Below the pieces are notes generated by a model. That model saw only the letters and a list, made by a program, of their open reading frames with translations, had not been told where the DNA came from and did no database searches. A stretch of DNA of 24,000 bases from Halalkalibacterium halodurans (GTDB lineage Bacteria > Bacillota > Bacilli > Bacillales > Bacillaceae_D), in contig NZ_SNUY01000009.1 in NCBI RefSeq assembly GCF_004376175.1, positions 4,533 through 28,532 of the forward strand, given 5' to 3'. Below are positions 1 through 9,502 of this stretch, in pieces. A program made the translations under genes and the position numbers. Numbering within the stretch: position 1 is the first letter of the stretch; each line of letters begins with the position of its first letter.

Positions 1-252
1 CAGAATGAAAGTTTAATAGCTGGACTCGACTACTTAGCAAATGTCCAATTGCTTCAGGGTTGGCCTACCGTTTCAGTGCCGATCACATGGATTCATGGGA
101 GTGATGATACGATCTGTCCTTCTCCTGCTTCCGGGTTATTTTCGCCATCGAAGCGGCTCATCATCGTTGAGGGGGCAGGACATGTTCCCTTCTATACTCA
201 AGATTCCGTTGTCATCAGCGCATGGGAGGAGTTGCTAGGTAATGTTTATTGA
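1..252 (+). CDS. alpha/beta-fold hydrolase, C-terminal part (5' end lies outside the window); BioH-like pimeloyl-ACP methyl ester esterase by context
   Basis: Frame 1 is open from base 1 (QNESLIAGLDYLANVQLLQGWPTVSVPITWIHGSDDTICP...EGAGHVPFY). It carries the C-terminal Asp and His blocks typical of alpha/beta hydrolases. Its stop overlaps the bioC ATG by 11 nt. Confidence 0.6.
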   Translation, partial: QNESLIAGLDYLANVQLLQGWPTVSVPITWIHGSDDTICPSPASGLFSPSKRLIIVEGAGHVPFYTQDSVVISAWEELLGNVY

Positions 253-1057
253 TAAACAAACGGTCGAGCGTCATTTTAGTAAAAGCGCTCACCTCTATGA
301 TGGCGTGAATCACGTTCAGCGCAAAATGGCTCATCGGCTCGTACAGCTTTTAGACGAAAAGCGACGCGATGCAAAAGACGAGCCCCGTGCAATTCTTGAC
401 ATCGGCTGTGGCACCGGCTGGTTAACACGTGAATGCTTAAAATCCTTTCCTCAGGCAACGATCGATGCTGTCGACCTTTCGAAGCAAATGCTCGAGGTAG
501 CAGAGAAAAACGTCTCCTTTCATCCAAACGTCCAGTTCATCCAAGGGGACATTGAGAAGATGGTACGAGAAAAGCCTTCAGCTAAGACGTATGATGTTAT
601 CGTCGCTAACGCCGTTTTCCAATGGTTAGATAAACCGACCGAGACGGTGGCGCAACTTCGTTCTTGGCTAAAACCAACTGGCCTCCTCCTATTTTCTACC
701 TTCGGACCTGATACGTTTTATGAACTCCACGATTCGTTCCTGCTTGCAGCTAAACAGCTCGGAATCATCGACGAACGACGGGGGCTCGATTATCTCTCAA
801 AAAGCGAATGGAAACGCACATTGGAGAGACTTTTTGCCGAGTTGACCATCCACGAGGAAAAAGCAATTGAATCCTATTCAACGGTTGAACAATTTTTGCA
901 CACGGTTAAGAAAATGGGCGCGACCTATTCCCAATCCTCCCGCCCTTTATCGAAACGGTACTATCAACTCATGAAGGAGATCTACGAACAGCGCTATCGA
1001 ACAGAGGACAGTATCCCTGCCACGTACGATTGCCTTTATGTGTTGTGCCAAGCCTAA
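242..1057 (+). CDS. bioC: malonyl-ACP O-methyltransferase (biotin synthesis, BioC)
   Basis: 271 aa. N-terminus reads FIDKQTVERHFSKSAHLYDGVNHVQRKMA. SAM-binding motif ILDIGCGTGWLT is present. Length and layout match the BioC family, and the gene is coupled to the upstream esterase gene. Confidence 0.85.
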   Translation: MFIDKQTVERHFSKSAHLYDGVNHVQRKMAHRLVQLLDEKRRDAKDEPRAILDIGCGTGWLTRECLKSFPQATIDAVDLSKQMLEVAEKNVSFHPNVQFIQGDIEKMVREKPSAKTYDVIVANAVFQWLDKPTETVAQLRSWLKPTGLLLFSTFGPDTFYELHDSFLLAAKQLGIIDERRGLDYLSKSEWKRTLERLFAELTIHEEKAIESYSTVEQFLHTVKKMGATYSQSSRPLSKRYYQLMKEIYEQRYRTEDSIPATYDCLYVLCQA

Positions 1058-1061
1058 GTGC

Positions 1062-1102
1062 AAAGGAGTCCTCCTCAGTCAAACGAGGAAGACTCCTTTT
1101 TT
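1062..1102. terminator. hairpin between the convergent bioC and small-protein genes
   Basis: AAAGGAGTCCTCCTC (1062-1076) pairs with GAGGAAGACTCCTTT (1085-1099) with one mismatch and an 8-nt loop. A T-run follows on the plus strand. Confidence 0.75.
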
Positions 1103-1382
1103 AATAGTTATCAAGCGGATCGTACGAGACGATGACGGGAAAAAAGCTTGGCGTCACAAGAAAGCCTTGATGACTCCCTTCCCGATCCTTAAGCACGACG
1201 GAATAATCCCCAAATCCTTTCGCATATTCTACGGAAACATACGTTAAATCATGATCATGATAGTTCAATGTCGTATAGATTTTAACCGTCGTAATGGCTA
1301 ACGATTTTGGCGAAATTATGGCCCATCCTGCGCAAACGATGACGAGAGCCACTCCTATCATCAAAACCATTTTTCTCTTCAT
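1101..1382 (-). CDS. small hypothetical protein with an N-terminal membrane anchor or signal-like helix
   Basis: 93 aa. Starts MKRKMVLMIGVALVIVCAGWAII, a hydrophobic N-terminus. GAGAGAGGAAAG sits upstream of the ATG. I recognise no family. Confidence 0.5.
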   Translation of the reverse strand: MKRKMVLMIGVALVIVCAGWAIISPKSLAITTVKIYTTLNYHDHDLTYVSVEYAKGFGDYSVVLKDREGSHQGFLVTPSFFPVIVSYDPLDNY

Positions 1383-1553
1383 GCAGCACTTTCCTCTCTC
1401 TATTCAACCCGTTAAACATGATTCCTTGTTTAATTATAAGGTGGATTTCAGGAGTCGAACATCATTTTTTCCAAAGTCGCTTCCTATATAGCTAATCCCC
1501 ATTTTTTACTATACAATGAAAAAAGAATGAGCGCGTAAGTGTGGTGAACGAAA

Positions 1554-2249
1554 ATGTTTAAAATTATGGTAATTGAAGATGACCATACATTGTTTAGTGA
1601 AATAAAGGAACGCCTTTCCCAATGGTCTTACGATGTCCATGGAGTGAGTAACTTTGAAAAGGTGATCGAGGAGTTTACGAGCCATAAGCCAGATTTGGTG
1701 ATCATCGACATTCAGTTGCCGAAGTTTGACGGCTTTCATTGGTGTCGCATAATTCGCCAACACTCCAATGTCCCGATCATCTTTTTATCTTCACGCGATC
1801 ACCCAACTGATATGGTCATGTCGATGCAGCTTGGCGCCGATGACTTTATTCAAAAACCGTTCCACTTTGATGTCCTCGTTGCAAAAATCCAAGCGATCCT
1901 TCGCCGAGTCCATAATTACACGAGCGAACAAACACAGCTAAAAACATGGTGCGGCGCGACCGTTGATTACGAAAGCAATACAGTTAGCAACCATGTCGGA
2001 TCGATCGAACTATCAAAAAACGAGTTTTTTATTTTAAAGCGGCTCATTGAACGTAAAAACAAAATTGTCACCCGTGATGATTTGATTCGTAGCTTATGGG
2101 AGGATGAGCGTTTTATTAGTGATAATACCCTTACCGTTAATGTCAATCGATTGAGAAAGCGATTGGACGAGCTCGGATTAGGTGCTTACATTGAAACAAA
2201 GGTCGGTCAAGGATATATGGCAAAGGAAGATGGGAACATCAATGATTAA
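1554..2249 (+). CDS. OmpR-family response regulator, BceR-like
   Basis: Receiver domain (MVIEDD...DLVIIDIQLPKFDG) plus a winged-helix output domain (LTVNVNRLRKRLD...ETKVGQGY). Its stop overlaps the kinase start (ATGATTAA). Confidence 0.9.
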   Translation: MFKIMVIEDDHTLFSEIKERLSQWSYDVHGVSNFEKVIEEFTSHKPDLVIIDIQLPKFDGFHWCRIIRQHSNVPIIFLSSRDHPTDMVMSMQLGADDFIQKPFHFDVLVAKIQAILRRVHNYTSEQTQLKTWCGATVDYESNTVSNHVGSIELSKNEFFILKRLIERKNKIVTRDDLIRSLWEDERFISDNTLTVNVNRLRKRLDELGLGAYIETKVGQGYMAKEDGNIND

Positions 2250-3246
2250 AACCTTTTTAAAAGAACGAGGAAGCTGGATTCTGATCATTATCTTCCTCCA
2301 ATGCTTCACTGTTTTTATAGCATATCTCGATTCAGCGATCCCGTTAGCACCTGTCTTCTATAGTGTGTTTTTATCATCGATGATCTTCTTCTTTTTTCTA
2401 GCCGTGCGATATAAAAAAGAAACAACATTTTATCGAAAGCTTGAGGAATGGGACAAAGATTTGGACGTAACCAATTTAGTTGCCGCCGAAAGCCCGTTTG
2501 AACGTATCATTGAGCAGACGATTGTTAAACAAACCGGCTACTTGCAAGAGAAAGCCCATCGACATGAGACCGCGTTGGAACAGGAAAAGGATGACTTACT
2601 CGCATGGATTCATGAAATCAAAACACCGCTCACGGCGATGCATTTAATTATCGACCGTCTCGAAGACAGAACCATTAAAGGCCAGCTCACGTATGAATGG
2701 ATGCGAATCCACCTACTGCTCGATCAGCAGCTCCATCAAAAACGAATTCCCTTTATGGAAAACGACCTTTACGTGGAAAAGGTAAACCTTGAGAGTGTAC
2801 TCCATCAAGAAATCAAGACACTGCAATCGTGGTGCATCCAAAAAGGGATCGGCTTCGACTTACAGTTAGAAGTGACAGACGTGTTGACAGACGCTAAATG
2901 GCTATCGTTCATTTTACGGCAGCTTCTCTCCAATGCGGTCAAGTATAGTGAAGCGTCTGACATTATCATTAAAAGCGATGTGGTTTCTGGGAAAACCGTC
3001 GTTGAAGTGACAGACTTCGGTCGAGGGATCGAGCCGAAAGACCTTCCTCGTATTTTTGAGAAAGGTTTTACTTCAACGAAAACCGATCAAACGAATGGGG
3101 CAACGGGGATGGGGCTATACTTAGCCAAAAGAGTCGCCGAACCATTATTGATTGACCTAGCCGTAAGCTCAACAGTAGGTGAAGGCACAACATTCACCTT
3201 GACCTTCCCGAAAGAAAATGAGTTTGTCCGGACGCTCGGCATGTGA
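2242..3246 (+). CDS. intramembrane-sensing histidine kinase, BceS-like
   Basis: Two N-terminal transmembrane helices separated by a very short loop. H-box HEIKTPLTAMH, N box LRQLLSNAVKY, and G boxes DFGRGI / GMGLYL. The start at 2242 is preferred over the track start 2182: AAGGAAG lies upstream and the MIKTFLKERGSW start is typical of the family. Confidence 0.88.
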   Translation: MIKTFLKERGSWILIIIFLQCFTVFIAYLDSAIPLAPVFYSVFLSSMIFFFFLAVRYKKETTFYRKLEEWDKDLDVTNLVAAESPFERIIEQTIVKQTGYLQEKAHRHETALEQEKDDLLAWIHEIKTPLTAMHLIIDRLEDRTIKGQLTYEWMRIHLLLDQQLHQKRIPFMENDLYVEKVNLESVLHQEIKTLQSWCIQKGIGFDLQLEVTDVLTDAKWLSFILRQLLSNAVKYSEASDIIIKSDVVSGKTVVEVTDFGRGIEPKDLPRIFEKGFTSTKTDQTNGATGMGLYLAKRVAEPLLIDLAVSSTVGEGTTFTLTFPKENEFVRTLGM

Positions 3247-3262
3247 CAAAAGTGTCACATGC
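3239..3262. promoter_or_regulatory. perfect inverted repeat GCATGTGACA-AAAG-TGTCACATGC; candidate BceR-type regulator box, also a terminator-like hairpin
   Basis: 10-bp perfect arms with a 4-nt spacer. The core TGACA-N4-TGTCA fits the TNACA-N4-TGTAA type repeat described for BceR-like regulators. It lies about 100 nt upstream of the ABC ATPase start and is followed by TTTTAT. Confidence 0.6.
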
Positions 3263-3362
3263 TTTTATCTGTTTGTTCGTTTAATCGAAGGAAAAAAACA
3301 TGGAACCCTTTTACGATAAAGATGGCTTCACCATTTCTAGACATGACAAGGAGTGAAAATAC

Positions 3363-4124
3363 ATGGCAATACTTGAAGCGACAAACATTCATAAAAGCTA
3401 TGGTACTAAGCTAAATAAACAAGAGGTCTTAAAAGGAATCGATATCCGTGTGGAAAAAGGGGAATTCGTCAGCATTATGGGGGCCTCAGGTTCAGGAAAA
3501 ACAACGCTCCTGAATGTCCTGTCTTCCATCGACAAGCTAAGTAACGGCTCAATAAAAATTGAAGGCAGCGAAATGACACGGTTGAAAGAAAAGGAGCTTG
3601 CCCAATTTCGTAAAAAGCACTTAGGCTTTATTTTTCAGGAGTACAACCTGCTCGACACGTTGACCGTAAATGAAAACATTTTGCTTCCGTTATCGATTAC
3701 AAAAATTCCGAGAAAAGCAGCAGATGAAAAGTTCAAACAGGTTGCAACAGAATTGGGAATTTATGAGATTAAAGATAAATATCCAAACGAGATTTCCGGT
3801 GGACAAAAGCAGCGGGCTTCAGCAGCACGAGCGTTCATTCATGAACCGAGTATTATATTTGCCGATGAACCAACAGGTGCGCTTGATTCTAAGTCCGCCT
3901 CCGATCTATTAGGTAAGTTACAGCAATTAAACGAGAAGCTGAGAGCGACGATTGTGATGGTCACACATGATCCTGTCGCTGCAAGCTATTGCAGCCGGGT
4001 GATCTTTATTAAAGACGGGCAAATTTATACGCAGCTTCATAAAGGGGACGAATCGCGACAAACCTTCTTTAAAGACATCATGAAAACACAAGGTGTGTTA
4101 GGTGGGGTGCAAAATGACCATTAA
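3363..4124 (+). CDS. ABC transporter ATP-binding protein, BceA-like
   Basis: Walker [10 protein letters not shown], signature ISGGQKQR, Walker [17 protein letters not shown] ribosome-binding site upstream. The stop overlaps the permease start. Confidence 0.92.
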   Translation: MAILEATNIHKSYGTKLNKQEVLKGIDIRVEKGEFVSIMGASGSGKTTLLNVLSSIDKLSNGSIKIEGSEMTRLKEKELAQFRKKHLGFIFQEYNLLDTLTVNENILLPLSITKIPRKAADEKFKQVATELGIYEIKDKYPNEISGGQKQRASAARAFIHEPSIIFADEPTGALDSKSASDLLGKLQQLNEKLRATIVMVTHDPVAASYCSRVIFIKDGQIYTQLHKGDESRQTFFKDIMKTQGVLGGVQNDH

Positions 4125-6060
4125 TCACCTCATTCTTCAAAACTTGAAGAAAAATTTGAAGAACTATTACCTGTACGTATTTGCCCTTATGTTTAGCGTC
4201 GCCCTTTACTTTGCGTTCGTCACCTTGCAATATGACCCAGCGATGGATGACGTTCAGGAAGGCATTAAAGGGGCTGCCGCCATGAAAGCCGCATCCGTAC
4301 TACTTGTCGTGATCGTGACCACGTTCTTGCTTTATGCAAACAACATTTTTATTAAGCGTCGTAGCAAGGAAATCGGCTTGTTTCAAATGATCGGCATGAC
4401 GAAAGGGAAAGTATTTCGGATTTTAAGCGTAGAAAACTTGATCCTTTATTTTGCCTCACTGACAGGCGGGGTGTTTATCGGATTTGTCATCTCCAAATTT
4501 GTGACGATGATCCTGTTTAAGCTGACCGGATTGGACCGAATCGCAACCCTTTCTTTTTCGGTACCTGCACTTGTTCAGACAGTGATTGTATTTACTTTGA
4601 TCTATGGGCTCATCTTGCTCGCAAATTATCTTTTTGTAAAACAACAAACGATATTGTCCCTCTTTCACGTCACTTCATCATCAGAGGATCGGGTGAAAAA
4701 AGTATCGCTCTTCGACATCATTATCGGTAGCCTCGGAATTGTGTCCATCCTTGTCGGCTACTTTGTATCATCGAAATTGTTCGGGGGTACCTTTACCTCA
4801 ATGGAGACACTCTTTATAGCAATGATCTTCATTCTCGGATCGGTCATTATTGGGACGTACTTTTTCTATAAAGGCTCCGTTACGTTTCTTTTTAATTTGA
4901 TCCGAAAAAAGAAAAACGGCCATTTAGCTGTGCGAGATGTCCTATCGTTATCGTCGATTATGTTTCGCATGAAATCGAATGCACTCATACTGACGATCAT
5001 TACAACCATCTCAGGACTCGCTATTGGCTTATTATCGCTAAGCTACATTTCTTATTATTCAGCGGAAAAAACGGCGGAACATTATGTCCCCTCTGACTTT
5101 ACTTTAACGGATATGGAAGATGCGGCATATTTTAAGGAGGCACTAGATGCTCATGGCATCGCCTATAACGAAACGGTGATCGATGTTCTTATAGCGGAAG
5201 TTTATGTTAAAGACATTTTGGAAGAGCCTCTAGACGGTGTTGATTTTGATTCAGATATTATGATCCTCCCCGTCATACGTGATACTGCGGTCGAAAGTGT
5301 GAACGTGGCGCCAGAAGAAGCCGCCTTTACCGGTTATAACGATATGATGCAACAATTTATGTCGTTAAAAGATTCCGGATTCATTGAACTAAGGGGAAAA
5401 CAAAAGGTTATCCCGCAAAACTATATCGGGTTACACAGTGAATATCTCGTATCTACTTATTTCTCAAGTGGTGGCTTGCCTTTAGCTATTGTGAATGAAA
5501 CGACGTTTTCCCAATTACAAGATGACATTGACCCTGAGATTCAGCTCAATTCGTCGGTTCATATCGGCATTGATATTAAAGATGCAGGACAGCTAGAAGA
5601 AGCGATTACTCTATTTCATGAAACACCTTTTACGAGTGAAACACCTCAATATGCTCAATTTGAAATGAGCCAAAGTCAGAAGCAAATCTTTGGACTGGCC
5701 ATGTTCATCGTTGGCTTTTTAGGACTCACCTTTCTTATCACGTCAGGATGCATCCTCTATTTTAAACAAATGGATGAAAGTGAAGAGGAAAAAGGGAGCT
5801 ACACAATATTACGAAAGCTCGGCTTTACCCAAGGAGATTTGCTGAAAGGAATACGAGTAAAGCAAGTATTTAACTTCGGAATCCCGCTTTTGCTCGGTCT
5901 CAGTCATAGCTATTTTGCAGTCAAATCAGGTTGGTTTTTCTTTGGCACCGAATTGTGGACACCGATGATCATGGTCATGTTACTCTATACAGCTCTCTAT
6001 TCCATCTTCGCCATTCTATCGGTTCTCTATTATAAGAAAGTGATTAAAGACGCCCTGTAA
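4114..6060 (+). CDS. FtsX-family ABC permease, BceB-like, with a large extracellular domain
   Basis: About 648 aa. Multiple transmembrane segments flank a soluble loop of about 200 aa ([12 protein letters not shown]...QYAQFEMSQ). This is the typical BceB architecture. ATG 4114 ([14 protein letters not shown]) is preferred over GTG 4102. Confidence 0.88.
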   Translation: MTINHLILQNLKKNLKNYYLYVFALMFSVALYFAFVTLQYDPAMDDVQEGIKGAAAMKAASVLLVVIVTTFLLYANNIFIKRRSKEIGLFQMIGMTKGKVFRILSVENLILYFASLTGGVFIGFVISKFVTMILFKLTGLDRIATLSFSVPALVQTVIVFTLIYGLILLANYLFVKQQTILSLFHVTSSSEDRVKKVSLFDIIIGSLGIVSILVGYFVSSKLFGGTFTSMETLFIAMIFILGSVIIGTYFFYKGSVTFLFNLIRKKKNGHLAVRDVLSLSSIMFRMKSNALILTIITTISGLAIGLLSLSYISYYSAEKTAEHYVPSDFTLTDMEDAAYFKEALDAHGIAYNETVIDVLIAEVYVKDILEEPLDGVDFDSDIMILPVIRDTAVESVNVAPEEAAFTGYNDMMQQFMSLKDSGFIELRGKQKVIPQNYIGLHSEYLVSTYFSSGGLPLAIVNETTFSQLQDDIDPEIQLNSSVHIGIDIKDAGQLEEAITLFHETPFTSETPQYAQFEMSQSQKQIFGLAMFIVGFLGLTFLITSGCILYFKQMDESEEEKGSYTILRKLGFTQGDLLKGIRVKQVFNFGIPLLLGLSHSYFAVKSGWFFFGTELWTPMIMVMLLYTALYSIFAILSVLYYKKVIKDAL

Positions 6061-6068
6061 TCAACGAA

Positions 6069-6106
6069 CCAAAGCTCCCTTCTCTCTGGGGCTTTGGTTT
6101 CTTTTA
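6069..6106 (+). terminator. intrinsic terminator after the permease gene
   Basis: CCAAAGCTCCC ... GGGGCTTTGG stem followed by TTTCTTTT. Confidence 0.7.
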
Positions 6107-6205
6107 CTAGACTTGAAATTTCTGAAATATCTTTTTTGCTATATGTGAAGTTATGTACAATATTCAAACATAGTAAATTTCTTCAAAAATGAATGATTCA
6201 ATTTT

Positions 6206-6229
6206 TAAACATTTTAACACCGTCGATAT
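6206..6229 (+). promoter_or_regulatory. weak sigma-D-like promoter candidate upstream of the MCP gene
   Basis: GTCGATAT (6222-6229) matches 7 of 8 positions of the sigma-D -10 consensus GCCGATAT. TAAA lies at 6206-6209, but the spacer is 12 nt, shorter than the consensus of about 15. Confidence 0.25.
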
Positions 6230-6462
6230 ATAGATATAACAATATTATTAGTCCTCCATAGGCTATAAATACTATCTATTTGAAGACACGAGCAACCCCA
6301 TTAGCTTTTATTACTTGACCTCTTAAAATAAGATAGATTTTTCGCCATAATATTTAAGGTGAATATATCCACAAACTACAAAAATATTCCGTTTTTCTCT
6401 GAAATTATTCATGATATGATAGTTTTGCACTCCATATGAACTAGGTAGAAAGGATTGATCAA

Positions 6463-8455
6463 GTGATTAGCAAGCTCTCATTTTTCAGAAAATCCATCAA
6501 TTTGAAGTTTATTGTTTATTTTTTACTCGTTGGATTGATCCCTCTCATCATTATGTCCTACATGATGTATCAATCGAGCGCAAACGAGATTGTCGCCAAA
6601 GAGCGTGAAGCAACGGAGAGCCAGACCGTTAGTACCGTTGACGGAATGGAACAATGGCTTGAAAAGCGTCTAGACGAAATTAAAATTGTCGCCAGCTCTG
6701 AAGCGCTTCAATCTGACCGATTAGAAAGCAAGCTACAATTAATGAATGTAATCAAAAACCAAGACGATAGTTATGAAACTGTCGTTTTTACAAGGGCAGA
6801 TGGAATTGTTCAAGCCCATACAAATGAGGAGCATATTGGCGTCCTTGATCTATCCGATCGGGAATATTTTCAAAATGGGATGGCCGGACAGGACACCATT
6901 TCTAGTGTCCTTATTTCAAATGCAACCGGGAATCGTTGCCACCCCTGTTCTCTCTTCTTCTGGAGAGACACTAGGGGTTATGTCCGCATCGATCAATTTT
7001 GAGCAACTGATTGAGCAATATTTACATGGAGACCAATTTAACCAGCATGAAGTGATCTTTATCGATGATCAAAATACCATCCAAGCTCATCCGAACGATG
7101 AACTCATCGGGATTACCGTGGAGGAGTCTGGAATTGAAAGTGATTTAGTCTCTTTATTTGCAACAGGAAAAGAAGAGTCCGGTACGTCCATCACTCGTGT
7201 GGATGGCGAGGAGATGGTGATTAGTTACGCGCCGATTGAAAAAGCAGGATACGGCATTTATCTCCTTACTCCCCTTTCTTCCGTTTTAGCCGTAACAGAC
7301 CATATTCAAATGATTACGATCATGATTATGGCTGTTTTTACTGTCATCATTGTTCTCTTTGCCATTTGGATTGCGAGAAGTATGAGCCGGCCCATTCGCC
7401 TCATTACAAGTCACGTCCAAACGATCGCCAGTGGAGACTTAACAAGTTCTGATTTACAGATTAAAAGACAGGACGAAATCGGGATTTTGGCTCACAATGT
7501 GAATCAAATGGCTACCAATTTAAAGGAAGTGATTCATCAAGTAGGAGATAGTGCTGATCGCGTAGCCGCTTCTTCGCAACAGCTTTCGGCAAGCTCTGAG
7601 GAAGTAAGTCGTTCCAGTGAGCAAATTTCTGAATCAATCCAACAAGTAGCCAGTGGCTCAGAGAAACAATCAAGCGGGGTAAATGAAAGCACTCTTTCCC
7701 TTGAAGAAGTCTCGTCCAGTGTTCAACAAATTGCTGAAGCGTCGGTACAAATTACTAAATCGGCCAATTCAACGATTGAAAAAGCAAAAGAAGGCGGACA
7801 GTCGGTTGAAAACAACGTCGAAACGATGAACAAAATCCATGAGTCTGTCACCGATTCTGTTCAAATTACGAAGATGCTCGCTGAACGCTCTAAAGAGATT
7901 AACAACATCTTAGATGTCATCACATCGATTGCTGAGCAAACGAACTTACTCGCTTTAAATGCAGCGATTGAAGCGGCTCGCGCAGGTGAGCACGGAAAAG
8001 GCTTTGCCGTCGTGGCAGACGAAGTGAGAAAGCTAGCGGAAAGCTCTCAACATTCATCACAGCAAATTTCTGAAATTGTCGTAGAAATTCAGAAGGAGAT
8101 GGATCGGACAAGTACGGCAATGAATGGGGTCATGGAAGAAGTGAAAGATGGCCTAACCGTTGCCAACGAGACGAAAACCCATTTCCAAGAAATTATTCAA
8201 TCAACTAACCAAGTGGCGGAGCAAATTGAGTCAATGGCTGCTACTTCTGAGGAAATTTCCGCAGAGGTCGAGCAAGTTTCTGCTTCCTTCAATGAAATTG
8301 CCGTCATCGCGGAAAATACATCTGATAGCGCCCAAGATGTAGCTGCCGCATCTGAAGAACAGCTGGCAACCATGGAAGAGGTAACCTCTTCTGCTCAATA
8401 TTTAAGCCAAATGGCTACCGATTTGCGTGAACTCCTTAGCAAATTTAAAGTGTAA
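6463..8455 (+). pseudogene. methyl-accepting chemotaxis protein (double-Cache sensor, HAMP, MA domain) interrupted by a +1 frameshift near 6928-6933
   Basis: The GTG-start ORF 6463..7002 encodes the transmembrane helix and Cache sensor domain. ORF 6773..8455 in the next frame continues the sensor ([23 protein letters not shown]), then a second transmembrane helix, HAMP, and the signalling core [36 protein letters not shown]. Removing one G from CCGGGAAT gives a continuous ...ISNATGIVATPV... product of about 663 aa. Confidence 0.8.
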
Positions 8456-8468
8456 CTAGTGATAAAGC

Positions 8469-8514
8469 AAGCCCCTCGACGTGCATTTTAGCACAACCGA
8501 AGGGGCTTTTTTGT
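8469..8514. terminator. bidirectional terminator between the MCP gene and manA
   Basis: AAGCCCCT (8469-8476) pairs with AGGGGCTT (8501-8508), followed by a T-run. Confidence 0.7.
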
Positions 8515-8554
8515 TTAGACTTGCGTATATGGGCAACGACAGCTCTGCTGCCCT

Positions 8555-9502
8555 TTAAGGATGGGAAACGATCAATTGACATTGGCCTTCAATGTTAAAA
8601 TCATTAAACCCTACTGGGATTAGGAGGTGGACCCCTTTTTCAAAAGAGTATCTCTCCCCTTGATACGTAAGCCTACCTGTTCCTTCAATGATACTTACTA
8701 GTAAATAACGATCGTCACTAGAGAACGAAGCCTGTCCGTGAATGTCCCATTTATGGACGGAAAAGAACTCCGTTTCTACAAACGTCGTCACAACGGCTTG
8801 GTCTTTTATCGTCACTTTTGGACAGACGTCTGGATCTTGATGGGGCACTGTCGTTACGTCAATCGCCTTCTCTAAATGAAGCTCCCGTAAATTTCCCGCT
8901 TCATCTCGGCGGTCGTAGTCATACACGCGATACGTCGTATCCGAGCTTTGCTGAGTTTCTAAGACGAGCGTTCCCTCGCATAGTGCGTGGATCGTCCCAC
9001 TCGGCACATAGAAAAAATCTCCCGGCTTGATCTTTACCTTTCGCAATAAATCATCCCATGCCCCATCTTCAATACATTTCTCTAATTCTTCTCTCGTTTT
9101 TGCATGGTGACCTAATATCATCTCTGCATCTTTCTTACAATCAAGGATGTACCAGCATTCCGTCTTTCCTAATTCCCCATTTTCATGGCTGTTGGCATAT
9201 GAGTCATCGGGGTGAACCTGCACGGATAAATCCATATTGGCGTCTAAAATTTTCGTTAATAACGGAAACACGTCTGATGAAGGATTTCCAAATAGTTGCG
9301 GCTGTTCCTTCCAAAGCTCTGCTAATGATTTTCCAATAAATTCGCCATTAGCAACAATAGAGGAGCCGTTCGGATGAGCAGAAATGGCCCAGCACTCTCC
9401 CGTTTTATCGGATGGAATATTGTAGCCAAACTCCTGCTTAAGCAGAGTCCCTCCCCAAATACGCTCCTTAAACACAGGTGTTAAAAAAATCGGTTGCAAC
9501 AT
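8555..9502 (-). CDS. manA: class I mannose-6-phosphate isomerase (ManA / GmuF-like)
   Basis: MLQPIFLTPVFKERIWGG..., metal-site region QVHPDD, and ...ECWYIL...FYVPSGTIHA. Start 9502 has GGGGGAG 6 nt upstream. The track start 9556 would add 18 unlikely residues. Confidence 0.88.
   Translation of the reverse strand: MLQPIFLTPVFKERIWGGTLLKQEFGYNIPSDKTGECWAISAHPNGSSIVANGEFIGKSLAELWKEQPQLFGNPSSDVFPLLTKILDANMDLSVQVHPDDSYANSHENGELGKTECWYILDCKKDAEMILGHHAKTREELEKCIEDGAWDDLLRKVKIKPGDFFYVPSGTIHALCEGTLVLETQQSSDTTYRVYDYDRRDEAGNLRELHLEKAIDVTTVPHQDPDVCPKVTIKDQAVVTTFVETEFFSVHKWDIHGQASFSSDDRYLLVSIIEGTGRLTYQGERYSFEKGVHLLIPVGFNDFNIEGQCQLIVSHP

Noticed and set aside
276-527. 83-aa minus-strand ORF inside bioC. 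The same applies to other antisense or internal ORFs in the track: 1038..1247, 1294..1491, 1509..1763, 3670..3912, 4456..4668, 7920..8120, 8160..8342, 8818..9030, 9058..9339, 10855..11163, 11449..11712, 11787..11996, 11839..12108, 12309..12659, 13140..13340, 13276..13458, 13455..13691, 17310..17552, 18645..19106, 19951..20190, 21285..21488.
   Set aside because: Each lies wholly within, or antisense to, a confidently recognised gene. None has a ribosome-binding site or a recognisable motif, and all have low-complexity or odd composition.
2182-2241. N-terminal extensions implied by the longest-ORF calls (kinase 2182, permease 4102, manA 9556, gmuR 10718, gmuD 12060, EIIC 13381, EIIB 14062, synthase 18330, LysR 23)
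   Set aside because: In each case an internal ATG has a properly spaced ribosome-binding site and gives a family-typical N-terminus. The extensions overlap upstream genes or regulatory sites.
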